A DNA stretch of 64,000 bases from an uncultured Planctomycetaceae bacterium (GCA_963813715.1 CAWFAK010000009.1:695613-759612); one strand, 5' to 3'. Shown: positions 1-11,168, numbered from the stretch's first letter. The notes: a model not told the origin generated them from the letters alone. Numbers and translations are program-made.

Positions 1-130
1 GCAGCGCGATCGATCCGCCCGCAAGCAGGACGGCGACCGACTTGGCGACGCGGCCGAAGTCGTCGTTGATAAGAATGAAAATCGCGCCGAAGAATGCAAA
101 CGCCAACGGGAAGAGAAAGATCACTTGCAT
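1..130 (-). CDS. 5' part of a small membrane protein (runs off the window)
   Basis: Manual translation from ATG at 130: MQVIFLFPLAFAFFGAIFILINDDFGRVAKSVAVLLAGGSIAL; hydrophobic and open to the window edge. Confidence 0.45.
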   Translation of the reverse strand, partial: MQVIFLFPLAFAFFGAIFILINDDFGRVAKSVAVLLAGGSIAL

Positions 131-519
131 TGACCCACCGCGCATGGTCGCTGTTCACCGAGTTTGCGTGTAACGTCCACGGCGTGATTGCCAATCGCCA
201 GCTTATTCTTCTCCGCGACCCGCATCCATACCTCGCGTACGAAAGCACCGCCCGGTTGATCCGCCGGTGGCGGACCGGCTCGCCTGGACTATACTCCTGG
301 TTCGCCGTCCAGAGGGGGTGAAGCTGGATCGCGTCAGCAGGACGGCAGTGGAAGGCGGCCGCCGAACGAGCGTGCGACCTCGCCATCGTCACGAACGACG
401 CCCGCTGAATTCGTGCGCCGCTGCGGAATTCGAGCGCCTGCTTGACGTCCCGACTGTATTCGATAGATTCGGTACGTTCGGGCGGCATTCCTAGCACTGC
501 CACTCAAGGAACGCAGCGA

Positions 520-1796
520 ATGCCGAGCCTCCGATTGGCCGCCTCTTGTCTGGTCGTCGCCAATTTCCTGGTGGCCGCGACGACGCTGGCGTTCGCAGAG
601 TCCGATGCAGAAGACGCACGGCTCAGGCCCTATCTCGAGGTTCTGAGGCGCGACGGCGTCGAGCCAGTGCGCTTCGTGTCACGGGCATCGACCAGCACGA
701 CCTCGTGATTTTCGACGACGCGGTGCATCCCGCCGTCGAACCGTTTGATTTCTACCGCCAGTTGATCAACGACCAGACCTTCCAGCGGCACGTGCCGATC
801 ATCTTTCTGGAACTGATTCCGAGCAACAAGCAGCGGCACATCGAGGCCTATCTGAGTGCGCCGAGCGACGATCCGCGGCTCTTGTATCCCGCCTTTCAAG
901 ACAATGCCAACGGCCAGGGCTTCAATTTCAAGACGTATTTCGACTTCTTGAAAGCCGTTCGTGAAACGAATCAGTCGCTTCCCGCTGATCGGCGTCTCCA
1001 AGTCGTTGGAGCCGGGGGCGAGACCTATTGGTCCGAAATCCAGACGCCGCGCGATCCTGCGGCTCTACTACCAGTCGACGTACGGCTACGACCATCACAT
1101 GTATGTCATTGTCCTCGAAGTGATGGAACACTTCAAAGCCGGGAAGAAGGGCATCCTGCTGACGAACACGCGGCATTCCTACAAAGGCATCAAGCAAAAG
1201 AACGGACAGTATTTTTGGGACACCGGCACGTTCTTCGCGCAGTGGCATCCGGGAAAGACGTATTCGATTCGATTGCACAATGTGGCCCTATCGATTCGGG
1301 CCATCAAACCCGTGGATCCTGAAGACGTCACAGACTCTGCAAGGGATGGAGCGTCTCGACTACAAGTTTGTGCGGATGGCTCGTGGCCTGTGGGACACCG
1401 CGTTTCCGCGAACGGCGACCGGCCCGTCGCGATTCCGCTCGCTCACAATGTCTTTGGACAGGAGCCTTACATCGGCAACCATCAACCCGAGGCTTTGCCC
1501 AATCAGAAAATCGAGGATGCGTACGATGCGCTGATCTTCCTGGCTCCGCTGGAGAAACTGCGGCAAACCGCCCAAGTTGATTTCATTTACACGCCCGCTT
1601 TTCGCCAGGAGCTGAAGCGCCGCTTTCGACTCGAACATTCCGAGGCCGAGTTAGCCGAAATGCTCAAGGGTGCGCGCACGAGGCGAACCTCGACGATTGG
1701 TTTGCCAAGGCGCTCGTCACCGCGCCGGAACAGCCGTTGGAACTGGCCAAAACGCTCGGCCCGATCGACGAGTGGAAGCAGCCGGTGCGGCAATAA
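520..1796 (+). CDS. Secreted hypothetical protein, possibly EreA/ChaN/TIKI-like; several apparent frameshifts
   Basis: Signal peptide MPSLRLAASCLVVANFLVAATTLAFA; ORF pieces 442-708, 546-1322, 961-1848 and 1280-1534 join into one protein (DLVIFDDAVH, IFLE, NTRH, YDALIFL); TAA at 1794-1796. Confidence 0.5.
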
Positions 1797-1993
1797 AGCC
1801 GTCCGACCACGATCGACTCCTGCTCCCTGGCGTTATCTCGCTCGCTGAACGCGACTCTCCGCGACGTGCCGTCCGCGGACAACCGCCGACTCGTTAGCTG
1901 GTTCACGCCGCCGGTTCGCGGGGCTATACTTGCCGTCTCGCGGGCCGCACCGGGCGAGGGCCGGCCGTGTTAGGGAAAGGCAACGCAAACTCG

Positions 1994-3109
1994 ATGGCGT
2001 CACAGTCTCAATTCGAACGGCCTCAATTCGAACGGCCTCAATCCGAACGGTGGAAATCCGAGCTGACGGTCGCGCTGGATGCCGTGCGGGCCGCGTCGCG
2101 GATTTGTCGCGACGTGCAGTCCAAAATTGCGGCCGACGTGTTTGAAAAAGAAGATCGCAGCCCCGTCACCGTCGCCGACTTCGCCAGCCAGGCCGCGATC
2201 TGCCGGCTGATCGGCGATGCGTTTCCGCACGATCCGATCATCGGCGAGGAAGAATCGGGAGCCCTCCGCCGCGAAGAAAACGGCCCATTCCTCGAGCGCG
2301 TGATCGAAGAGCTGCGGGCGATCGGCGTCGAGGCCACCGGCGAACAGGCGTGCGACTGGATCGACCGCGGCTGCGAAAAGAAATACGCCCCGCGCTTCTG
2401 GACCCTCGACCCCATCGACGGCACCAAAGGCTTCCTGCGCCAGGAACAGTACGCCGTCTCGCTCGCCCTGATCATCGACGGCCGAATCGAAGTCGCCCTG
2501 CTCGGCTGCCCGAATCTGACCGCGACTGGTGAGGCCGACGACCCGGCAATTGAATCAGCGGACCCAACCGCGTCAACCGGCGCGATCTTTTACGCCACGC
2601 GCGGCGGCGGAGCGTGGGTCGTGCCGCTCGACGATCTGACGGCGACGCCGACCGCCGTCCACTGCAGCCACCTGGCCGACCCCGTCGAGGCTCGCTTCTG
2701 CGAATCGGTCGAATCGAGCCACACATCGACCAGCTTGTCGTCGCGCGTCGCCGAGGCCCTCGGCATGCACCGCGCCCCCTTGCGAATGGACAGCCAGGCC
2801 AAGTACGCGATCGTCGCCCGCGGCGATGCCGAAATTTACATGCGGCTCCCCGCCAAATACGGCTACAAAGAAAAAATCTGGGACCACGCCGGCGGCGTCC
2901 TCGTGGTCGAAGAGGCCGGCGGAATCGTCTCCGACGTGATGGGCCGGCCGCTCGAATTCAACCACGGCTACGAACTCTTGGCCAACCGCGGCATCGTCGC
3001 CGCCAATCGCGAGCTGCACGGCCGGGTCATCGCCGCCCTCGACGAAATCTACAAAACCTTCCCCGCCCCCCAAGGCCCGCTGCCGGCCCCCGGTTGGAAA
3101 CCAACCTGA
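1994..3109 (+). CDS. 3'(2'),5'-bisphosphate nucleotidase, HAL2-like inositol monophosphatase family
   Basis: Motifs KEDRSPVTVADF, GEE, WTLDPIDGTKGF, DSQAKY, EKIWDHAGG. Confidence 0.9.
   Translation: MASQSQFERPQFERPQSERWKSELTVALDAVRAASRICRDVQSKIAADVFEKEDRSPVTVADFASQAAICRLIGDAFPHDPIIGEEESGALRREENGPFLERVIEELRAIGVEATGEQACDWIDRGCEKKYAPRFWTLDPIDGTKGFLRQEQYAVSLALIIDGRIEVALLGCPNLTATGEADDPAIESADPTASTGAIFYATRGGGAWVVPLDDLTATPTAVHCSHLADPVEARFCESVESSHTSTSLSSRVAEALGMHRAPLRMDSQAKYAIVARGDAEIYMRLPAKYGYKEKIWDHAGGVLVVEEAGGIVSDVMGRPLEFNHGYELLANRGIVAANRELHGRVIAALDEIYKTFPAPQGPLPAPGWKPT
2007..2051 (+). repeat. 15-bp tandem repeat x3 (CTCAATTCGAACGGC), in frame
   Basis: Seen directly; encodes SQFERPQFERPQSER at the nucleotidase N-terminus. 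Confidence 0.85.
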
Positions 3110-3435
3110 ACGCCAGCTGAATTGGCGTTTTGCCTGGGAAATGGCGTAGAAATTCAAGGCGGCCGCCCGCTCGCCGACCTCCGCGCCGTCCGCACCGGCA
3201 CCCGCTGGCGATGGGCAACGCGATTTGTTTAAATCGAAGTGCCTTTGACGACGAAACGGTCCCGCCCCCCGTGGCCGAGTCATTGACGCCCGGCCCCCCG
3301 TGGCCCGGTGATTGGAAACGGGGGCGCGGCTCCGGCCGAGCCTCGAGCTCGCACGTCTGGCTCGAGCGCGGGGCGAGTCGTGCGTCGCACTCCCAAGAAA
3401 CTGAATCCCCTCCGAATCATTCCTGGATGACTCAC

Positions 3436-5469
3436 ATGCGTTCTACTCGTCTTGCCGCTCGATCGATCGTCTTTGTGGCCGCGGGCCTGTTGATCGTTGT
3501 CGCCGCGACTGTCCGCGTGCCGGCCGACACGCCCGTCGAGAGCCAGTCGCACCTGCTCAACGACATCAAGTACCTCGCCTCCGACGAGCTTGAAGGTCGC
3601 GGCATCGGCACCAAGGGCCTCAACAAAGCCGCCGACTACATCAAAGAGCAATTCAAAGAAGCCGGGCTCGACGTCACCCAGGTCAAGGGCGACGCCTTCC
3701 AATATTTCAAGATGACCACCAAGGCCATCCTCGGCACGCCGAACACGCTCAAGTTCGTCGGCCCCGGCGGCAAGACGATCGAGCTCAAGCGCGACGTCGA
3801 CTTCGTCCCCTGCTCCTTCGGCGGCGGCGGCAAGATCAGCGGCGACCTCGTCTTCGCCAGCTACGGCCTCGACGAACACGACTTCCGCGACTTCAAGGGC
3901 ATCGACGTCAAAGGCAAGGTCGTGATCGTCATGCGACGCAACCCCGGCCAGGTTGAGGAAGAGCCGCAAGAAGGACCCGCCCCGGGCCCCCCCGGCCGCC
4001 GCCGTGCGAGCGCCGCCGACCTCCGCTCCAAGCTCAGCAACGCCATCGCCGCCGGCGCCAGCGCGATCATCTTCCTCAACGATCCGTTCAGCGTGCGAAA
4101 GAACGCCAAGGACGCCGAGTCCCGCGTCCGCCGCGCCAATAACCACCTCATCGACGCGGCCGTCGCGCTCGACACGGCCGAAGAAAAAGGGGCCAACTCC
4201 CCCGCCGTCGCCGAGGCGCTCAAAGAACTCCGCGAAGACGTCACCAAGCTCAAAAAGGCCAAGGCCGAGGTCAAGAATCCTGAGAACGATCCGTTCATGA
4301 AGTTCGGCTACGGCGGCACCGGCAGCGACACCAGCATCCCCGTCGTTCAGCTCAGCCTCGACGCCGTCAATCGCGTGCTCGAGCCGGCCCTCGGCAAATC
4401 GATCACCCAGCTCGAAACGGCCATCGACAACGACATGAAGCCGCACAGCGCTCCGCTGGCCGGCTGGAAGGCCGAAGGCGTCACCACCATCGACCGCTCG
4501 CCCACGCAGGTCAAAAACGTCATCGGCGTGCTCGAAGGCGAAGGCCCGAAGAAGGACGAAATCGTCGTCGTCGGCGCCCACTACGATCACCTGGGCCGCG
4601 GCGGCATGGGCTCGCTCATGCCCGGCTCCGCCGAAATCCATAACGGCGCCGACGACAACGCCTCCGGCACCGTCAGCGTGCTCGAGCTCGCTCGCCGCTT
4701 CGGCCATCGCGGCAAGAAGCCCCCCCGCAAGCTCGTCTTCATGACCTTCTCGGGCGAGGAAGAGGGTTTGATCGGCTCAGCCTACTACGTCAAAAACCCC
4801 GTCTTCCCGCTCAACAAGACGATCGCCATGATCAACCTCGACATGGTCGGCCGCCTCAAGGACGACAAGCTCACCGTCTACGGCATCGGCACCGCCCCGC
4901 ACTGGGAAAAGCTCCTGAAAAAGCTCGCCCCCACGCACCAGCTCCACCTGATCCTCAAGCCGGAAGGCTTTGGGCCGAGCGACCAGTCGTCGTTCTACGG
5001 CAAGAAAATCCCCGTGCTGCACTTCTTCACGGGCACGCATCCCGACTACCACCGCCCGACCGATAAGTGGCCCAAGATCAACATCACGGGCATGGACCGC
5101 GTCGTCGACCTGGTCGAGCAGATCGTGGCCGACACCGACGAAAGCCCGACACCGCCGCAATACGTCGAAGTGAAGGGGAACGCCCGCGTCGAACGCCAAG
5201 GCAGCCGCCCCTACTTCGGCAGCATCCCCGACTTCGGCAGCGAGGTGAAAGGCTACGCCATCCAAGGCGTCAGCCCCGGCAGCCCGTCGGATAAGGCCGG
5301 CCTCAAAGGCGGCGACGTGATCATCGAAATCGGCGGCCGAAAAATCACCGGCCTCGACGATTTTGACCTGGCCCTCCGCCGCTTCAGCGCCGGCGACACC
5401 ATCGACGTGACAGCCACCCGCGCCGGCAAGGAAGTGAAGCTGAAGGTGACACTGGGCGTGCCCCGCTAG
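3436..5469 (+). CDS. M28-family aminopeptidase with PA insert and C-terminal PDZ domain
   Basis: Signal peptide; VVGAHYDHLG, NGADDNASG, FSGEEEGLIGS, MINLDMVG, PSDQ, HPDYHRPTD; PDZ (YFGSIPDF...GSPSDKAGLKGGDVII). Confidence 0.9.
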   Translation: MRSTRLAARSIVFVAAGLLIVVAATVRVPADTPVESQSHLLNDIKYLASDELEGRGIGTKGLNKAADYIKEQFKEAGLDVTQVKGDAFQYFKMTTKAILGTPNTLKFVGPGGKTIELKRDVDFVPCSFGGGGKISGDLVFASYGLDEHDFRDFKGIDVKGKVVIVMRRNPGQVEEEPQEGPAPGPPGRRRASAADLRSKLSNAIAAGASAIIFLNDPFSVRKNAKDAESRVRRANNHLIDAAVALDTAEEKGANSPAVAEALKELREDVTKLKKAKAEVKNPENDPFMKFGYGGTGSDTSIPVVQLSLDAVNRVLEPALGKSITQLETAIDNDMKPHSAPLAGWKAEGVTTIDRSPTQVKNVIGVLEGEGPKKDEIVVVGAHYDHLGRGGMGSLMPGSAEIHNGADDNASGTVSVLELARRFGHRGKKPPRKLVFMTFSGEEEGLIGSAYYVKNPVFPLNKTIAMINLDMVGRLKDDKLTVYGIGTAPHWEKLLKKLAPTHQLHLILKPEGFGPSDQSSFYGKKIPVLHFFTGTHPDYHRPTDKWPKINITGMDRVVDLVEQIVADTDESPTPPQYVEVKGNARVERQGSRPYFGSIPDFGSEVKGYAIQGVSPGSPSDKAGLKGGDVIIEIGGRKITGLDDFDLALRRFSAGDTIDVTATRAGKEVKLKVTLGVPR

Positions 5470-5561
5470 ACGCAAGGCGTCTTCGCGTTCGCAGGAGGGC
5501 GAGATCCTCGCCCCAACAGCCAACCCGTTTTCCGGCACACGCCCTTAATGCTCGCGGTTAC

Positions 5562-8500
5562 TCAAGCTCCAAACCAATGGTCGGCCTCGGCTACAGCTCC
5601 GACCGGCGCGACCCGCGTGGCGACAAGGCGTCTACACTTCTCCTTAGCTTGGCCGACAAGTTCAATGGGATAGTGATCGCAATTCTCGACGACCTCTTCA
5701 GCAACCGCCTTCGGGATTCGCTGCGCTCGCAGCATAGTTGAATACGCATAATTGAAATAGCCGTCCCGTCTTGCTCCCTTATCGTAACTGTTGGCCAACA
5801 CGGGCAACCACGCCTTTGCTGTCGTCCTGTCCTTTTCAATTGCACGAAGTGCGACCTCCTGACAGAAGCCCAGCGTTGTCGGGTCGGCGCCGTCGTAAGT
5901 CGATGCAAGCCGCTCTCCAAGTGCTAGCGTGAGGTCGGGCGCGCGAAGGCTCAGCAGTATGATCATTCTGTCTGACATTGTAGCCGGTAGCACTTCGGCG
6001 TTCAGCGCTATCGCCCTCCGCCCAGTTACCCCGCTAGTGCCAAGAGCTCCGCACCCAGCGATTATCCGCTCCCACCAAGCGGAGTCCACTCTCACGAGCA
6101 TTTCATCTATTTGAGTACAAAGCCGCTCGATCACACTACCCCCCGCCCATCCGCCCAACATGAGCAGCACATGCGCCCTTTGCAAAGGGGTCCGCGCGTC
6201 CGCTAGCTGCCTCTCCCACCAAGACGCCGACCCAGCCCGAAGTCGCGCATATCGGGCCCGCCGGGCCAGCGGCACAGTCTCATCGAAGAGATCGCGAGCA
6301 TCGTCACACGTTTCCTCTTTGGACCGGATTCCCGCTCCTACGCTTGCTAGTTTGATAAACGCCCACCGCTCTCCAAAACGCGCTCTTCCACCTTCCACGA
6401 GTTCCTGCCACGGACCGATTCGCGTTGCCCATTCGCCGGGAGGCCGCCGGTCCAGTTCGACGCTCAGCGCGACTACCTCTGCACATCTCCGCCCGGCCGC
6501 ATACGCTCCACAACCTTCCGATAGCCACTTAGTTGGATCCGTCGCGTACTCGGGACTGTAGCGCTGCCACACAATACCGGATGCCCGCTCATCGCCTCCG
6601 AGCATATATCGGTATACCGCCCACACTTGGCCAAATGCGCTCAAAAGAGATTGCCCTTGCGTCCCCACATATTCTTCTGCCGAATCCAATATATAATCAA
6701 CAACTGCCTGAAAGCGGCTCTCTTTCGCCTCGACGAACTTGCTCTGGCCACCCCGGTCTAAGAACGATAAACGTTCCGCCACGTCCACTGGGTCGGAGGC
6801 CATTGCTTCAAGCTCCGCGTCGGTTAGCAAGTCAAGTATTCCCAGGTGCCACCCGTAGCGCATCCACACCGTCTGACTGCTGCTTGCAAGACCAGCGCAC
6901 GCCCCATACCACTGATCTCTTGCTTCAGCAGGGGTTGCATTTGCGCGCCATATCTGAACAAGCATTGCGCCATAGTCGCAAGGCTGCGAGTCTCGCAACA
7001 AAGAGACGCTTCGAGCAACAACCTCCTCCCTTCCACTCTGCTGTGGTAGGACGAGCAGCTGTCCCCCTCTATGGGAGCGCGCTACAGCACTCATGTGCCT
7101 TAAGCCTGGCCCGTCAATTATCAACGCTACGACTTGTTTCATAGAGCGCGGATGCTGCGCGAACACCCAATCGGAAAGAAGGGTCGTTGCAAGTAGTTGC
7201 GCGTGACTTGTGGACTTATACCCTGGTGAGCGCGCCAGTTCTTCAAGACGATCAACGAGGGACGGCAGTTCGCCCTTGCTGTAGTCAGCCCGCGTAAAAG
7301 CGCGTTACGTTCTGCCAGAAGAAATCCCTTGCCAGTGCGTCGAATCTATCAGGCAGCGTCCCAGCACGTTCACCGCCGGGAGGCGAGTATTGAGCGGTGT
7401 TATAGAGATGCCGCGCGGCAAAATATTCGCGGAGCGGCTGTACCTCGAATTCATATGTTCCTTCGACCCGCGATACCAGAGCGACGACGCGCTCGACAAG
7501 CCCGGTGAACAGCGTATGCGCAAGTGCAACATTGTGCCCTTCGAAGGACAGATAGTGCGCCACAAGGTCATGCAACCGCTGAGCGCTTACACTGCCTCGC
7601 GTCTGTTTGGTTTGGGATTCTGATTGAAGGATCCAAGCTAAGTAACGATGGATGTCCAAGAGCAGGTCACGATGGTCGCGGACGACTGTCGACTTCTCTG
7701 CCTCGCGATTAAAGAATAAATCCACGTAACTGTCGTACAGCGACGTTCGTTTGTCAGGTAGAGAGCCGCCTCGCGTTTGAATAAGGCTAAGCAGAATCGC
7801 TAGCTGCATCGGATTGCGTGCTAGCTCACGTAAATGAGGCTAGTCGACTTTGTCACGAAGGATGCGACGGACGTCGGCGGCTTCTTTTCCGTCGAGGCGA
7901 CGCGCCCGGAGCCATTTCTCTGCATATTCGTCAATTAGAGGGCGCGTAATCGAGCCAAGCTGGATGTATGTGAAAGTAAGCTCCGACAGCCCTGGTGCGT
8001 TTGCAAAGGCCGCGGGCCGACTTGTAACGATTGTTTGGAGAGATGCCGCGAGTTTGCGCAGCCGATTAACGCCGGTGGCGATTGCGTCGACCACTTCCTT
8101 ACGGCTTTGGATATCCGCGACTTCGTCGAGCCCGTCGCAGACCAAGAGGAGCGCACTGATCCGGGCGACGGCTTGAAGATCGGAGACGCTAAAAAGGGAG
8201 CCGCCGGAATAATGGGTTATGTGCGCTGCAAGGAACGACTCCAATGACTTATGCCACCCTTCAGGCGCAGGTGCGTTGTCGTCGGGAGCGAACGGGTTGC
8301 GTTGGTCTAACCAGACCGCGAGATCTCTACAATCAAGCTTGATGGGAAGTCGAACGGAAGTTGCGCGCGTGGGAGACCGGGTGCCTTCCCCCTCTGAGGA
8401 ATCCCCCAGAAGTTGCGTTCGATGAATTTGACAGATGTATTGAACAACGGTGGATTTTCCCTGGCCGGGGGCGCCCTCGAGGACGACACACGGCAGGTTT

Positions 8501-9294
8501 GCCTGCGCGAGCGGATGCAATAACAGGCGGGCGGCACCGATCGCTTGCTCTCGCCCGGGGAAGGCGTGGTTGCCGAGTGATCGCGCAACCTCGCTGATAA
8601 CGCTCATGTGAGTTGCCCGCCACCGAGTAAGCTCCGACGGCACCAAATCGATGGGGACATCAACGAATAGGTCAAGCAGTTTGTTTTGGAGCTCGACCTG
8701 CTTGAAACGAACCTCGGTGTCGCGTGCGAATTGATCTCTCACATACGCCCTAATGGCTGTAGTGCGGCGCTCGGCATGCTCGCCCAGACCCTGTTCCACG
8801 ATTAATCGGAGTATGTCGGTCCCACGGAGAATTTCGGGATAAGACCACTTGATATCCCATGCATTATCGAGACGTCGGTTGATGTCGTCGCGCCACCAGC
8901 ATTGTCCTGGAATTGGAAGGTGCTCGTCGAGAATGGACTGTACGGAGTCAATCGAACCTGCATCTGGATAGGCGGTGCCAGAGATGTTGGTAAGGAGGTA
9001 ATACTGCTTGGCTCCCTTGGGAATCAATGACCGTACTTTAGGAGCCTCCTCTTGAAGCAGGGTTCGCAACTTGCGATGTGGGTCTATTTCTGTTTGAGGG
9101 TTCTGGACGAATTTCATCTGGTAGACAATGAAATCCTCGGCGTCGCCGTATGGAAACAGAGTGGTGGCGTCTCGACCTCCATCACGCTGCCCAAGTGGAA
9201 AGCACTGCGTCTTTGGAAACGCCTTTGCTAAGAGTGCTTGACAGACTTGTTGAAAGCGATCCGGGCCGAGTTGCTCAAGGAGATAGTCCATCAT
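5562..9294 (-). CDS. NACHT/STAND NTPase with N-terminal restriction-endonuclease-like domain (putative anti-phage NLR/Avs-like protein); interrupted by an in-frame TAG and a 1-nt insertion
   Basis: RBS GGGAGAG before ATG 9294; RFQQVCQALL...DGGRDA...YQMK (PD-(D/E)xK-like); Walker A GAPGQGKST; Walker B LLVCDGLDEV; VTSRP; LARNPMQL; FEVQPLREYFAA. ORFs 7840-9354, 7285-7809 and 5562-7166 are collinear; visibly lower GC than flanks. Confidence 0.8.
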
Positions 9295-9844
9295 GTTGCG
9301 TCTCTCCCGGCGTTGTGCCTGTTCCGTGGAGTAGCTAAAGTGCTCCCGCGGCAAATCGGTGATTCCAGGATCGTTGCAGGCACGAACAGCGTGCTAATGC
9401 GGTGGAAAAGGGGTGCTCAGTGGGCTGCAGATGGAACGTGCCGGCAACGAAGGTCAAAACGGCAGATGGTTGAGTAATGGCGGTGCGCGTTGAATATGGA
9501 AACGAGATGATTGTTACGAGAGCAGTCGGAAAGTGCAAAGAAAAAAAGGCACGGTAAGAAGACCAGCTTCCACTTGGCTAATCGATCACCCGCAGCATAA
9601 TTGGATGTAGTTCCGAGCCGCAGGGCCGGAAGGCGTGGTCCAAGGTCCATGGTCGGCCGAAGGCGGCGCTACGGAGAAGGCCGAGTCGGGAGCCGAAGGC
9701 GGGGCCGAGAAGGGCTCGGGGCGAAGTCGGGAGCGGACAGCGGGTGGCCGGTGGGGATTAAATTCCCGCCACGGACGAAAAAAACGCCCCCGCCGGGGTG
9801 GGGATCCTTTTTTCACACAGGGGAGAAAAAGATCCCCGCGCGCG

Positions 9845-9985
9845 GGACAAGTGGTCCCGCCGGGTCCGCCTAAAAGTGGTCCCGCCGGGACGGGACCGCC
9901 TAAAACTGGTCCCGCCGTGACGGTACCCTCACATTTCACATAAGGGGGGCGCCGAAAAGTGGTCCCACCGTAGAGTGTCCCACCG
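9845..9985 (+). repeat. Cluster of short direct repeats AAAAGTGGTCCC(G/A)CCG
   Basis: Copies near 9849, 9872, 9902, 9955 and a degenerate one near 9974. Confidence 0.7.
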
Positions 9986-10039
9986 GTCAGCGTCGATCCG
10001 GCTGAGCGGCGATCCGGCCCGCCGCTCCGGGCCAACGAT

Positions 10040-10895
10040 CGGGACGGGACACGTTCGGTCGAGTCCAAGGTCGAAGATCCGCCGAAGGCGTGGTCCAACG
10101 TCAATGTCCAAGGTCGGAGGTCAGATGCCCGCAATCCTGACTTTGGACTTCGGACCGCGGGGACTTTGGACTAACGCCGGGACGGGACACGTTGTTTCAC
10201 CGAGAAAACCCCGGAGAAATTGCGTCAGGCCAGACGTGAAACACCAAGAAGACGAAGACGTTGAACAGGAGGTAACAGAGTGAACAGAGACTGGAATCGA
10301 TTGATTTCTCTGTTACCTCTGTTTCCTCCTGTTCAAAATCTTTTCGTGCTCAATCGTTGCGTCTTCGTGCCAAGGACACCAATCGGCCCATCGAGACTTA
10401 ACTTGGTGCTCTTGGAGCCTTGGTGGTTAGAGATCCGGGTTCAGTCCAATCGGGACACGGGACGGGACAAGTTGTTTCACCGGGAAAACCCCGGAGAAAA
10501 TCTGCCCTCACCCCGGCCCTCTCCCATCCGCCGAGCGGACGGGCGAGGGAGCCGCTTGAGTCTGCCCCACCCTGCGGTGGGGACGGGACGGGACACGTTG
10601 TTTCACCGGGAATACCCCGGCGAAATTGCGTCAGGCCAGACGTGAAACACCAAGAAGACGAAGACGTTGAACAGGAGGTAACAGAGTGAACAGAGTCAGA
10701 CAGACTGGAATCGATTGATTCCTCTGTTACCTCTGTTTCCTCCTGTTCAAAATCTTTTCGTGCTCAATCGTTGCGTCTTCCTTGCCAAGGACACCAAGGC
10801 AATTTGGATCGGCCCACCGAGACTTAACTTGGTTCTTGGAGCCTTGGTGGTTAGAGATCCGGGTTCAGTCCAGTCGAGACACGGGACGGGACAAG
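10040..10895 (+). repeat. Composite repeat array: ~42-bp hairpin repeat bracketing REP-like palindromic cassettes; ~290-bp unit duplicated
   Basis: CGGGACGGGACA(C/A)GTTGTTTCACCG(A/G)GAA(A/T)ACCCCGG(A/C)GAAA at 10178, 10458 and 10584; partial copies at 10040 and 10882; 10178-10471 nearly identical to 10584-10895. Confidence 0.85.
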
Positions 10896-10900
10896 CCGCT

Positions 10901-10922
10901 CGCTCGCTAGAATGACGGCATG
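10901..10922 (+). promoter_or_regulatory. Putative -10 (TAGAAT) 6 nt before ATG: leaderless promoter cassette, copy 1
   Basis: CGCTAGAATGACGGCATGA, also present at 53414-53432 and 53888-53906 on the minus strand. Confidence 0.6.
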
Positions 10923-11168
10923 AGCGACGAACCGAAGAAACCGGACGTGAAGCGAATCGGCCGGCTCTGGGGCTTGCCATCCCCCGTCGCAATCGTTGCC
11001 GTTATTTTGGGGACCGTCGCCGGACTCGCCTGCGTCTTTTCCATCGACTTCCTCGGGATTCCGTACACTCTGGCCGTTAGTGTGATCTCGGGAGCCGTCG
11101 GCGGAATTATCCTAGGACTCTGCCTCAGACGTTGGCCCCCAAGTGGACTGAAAAGTCGGCGCGCTTGA
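10920..11168 (+). CDS. Small two-TM membrane protein (MSDEPKK... N-terminus)
   Basis: 82 aa, two hydrophobic segments, start directly behind the -10 cassette. Confidence 0.65.
   Translation: MSDEPKKPDVKRIGRLWGLPSPVAIVAVILGTVAGLACVFSIDFLGIPYTLAVSVISGAVGGIILGLCLRRWPPSGLKSRRA

Noticed and set aside
3280..4707. Long antisense or overlapping ORFs (also 13610-14860, 14976-16889, 39365-40954, 47689-49059, 57889-59229)
   Set aside because: Shadow frames of well-supported genes in high-GC DNA
7285..7287. TGA recoding (Sec/Trp) in the NACHT gene
   Set aside because: The downstream sequence continues in a different frame; removing one A gives GGC TGC TAC (FYAGCYSKGELP), so this is an insertion
10040..10895. 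CRISPR array
   Set aside because: Only three full repeats, spacers 85-255 bp and unequal, one spacer duplicated, no cas genes in the window
9586..10915. ORFs across the repeat region
   Set aside because: They translate repeats and palindromes, lack host codon bias and have no recognisable domains
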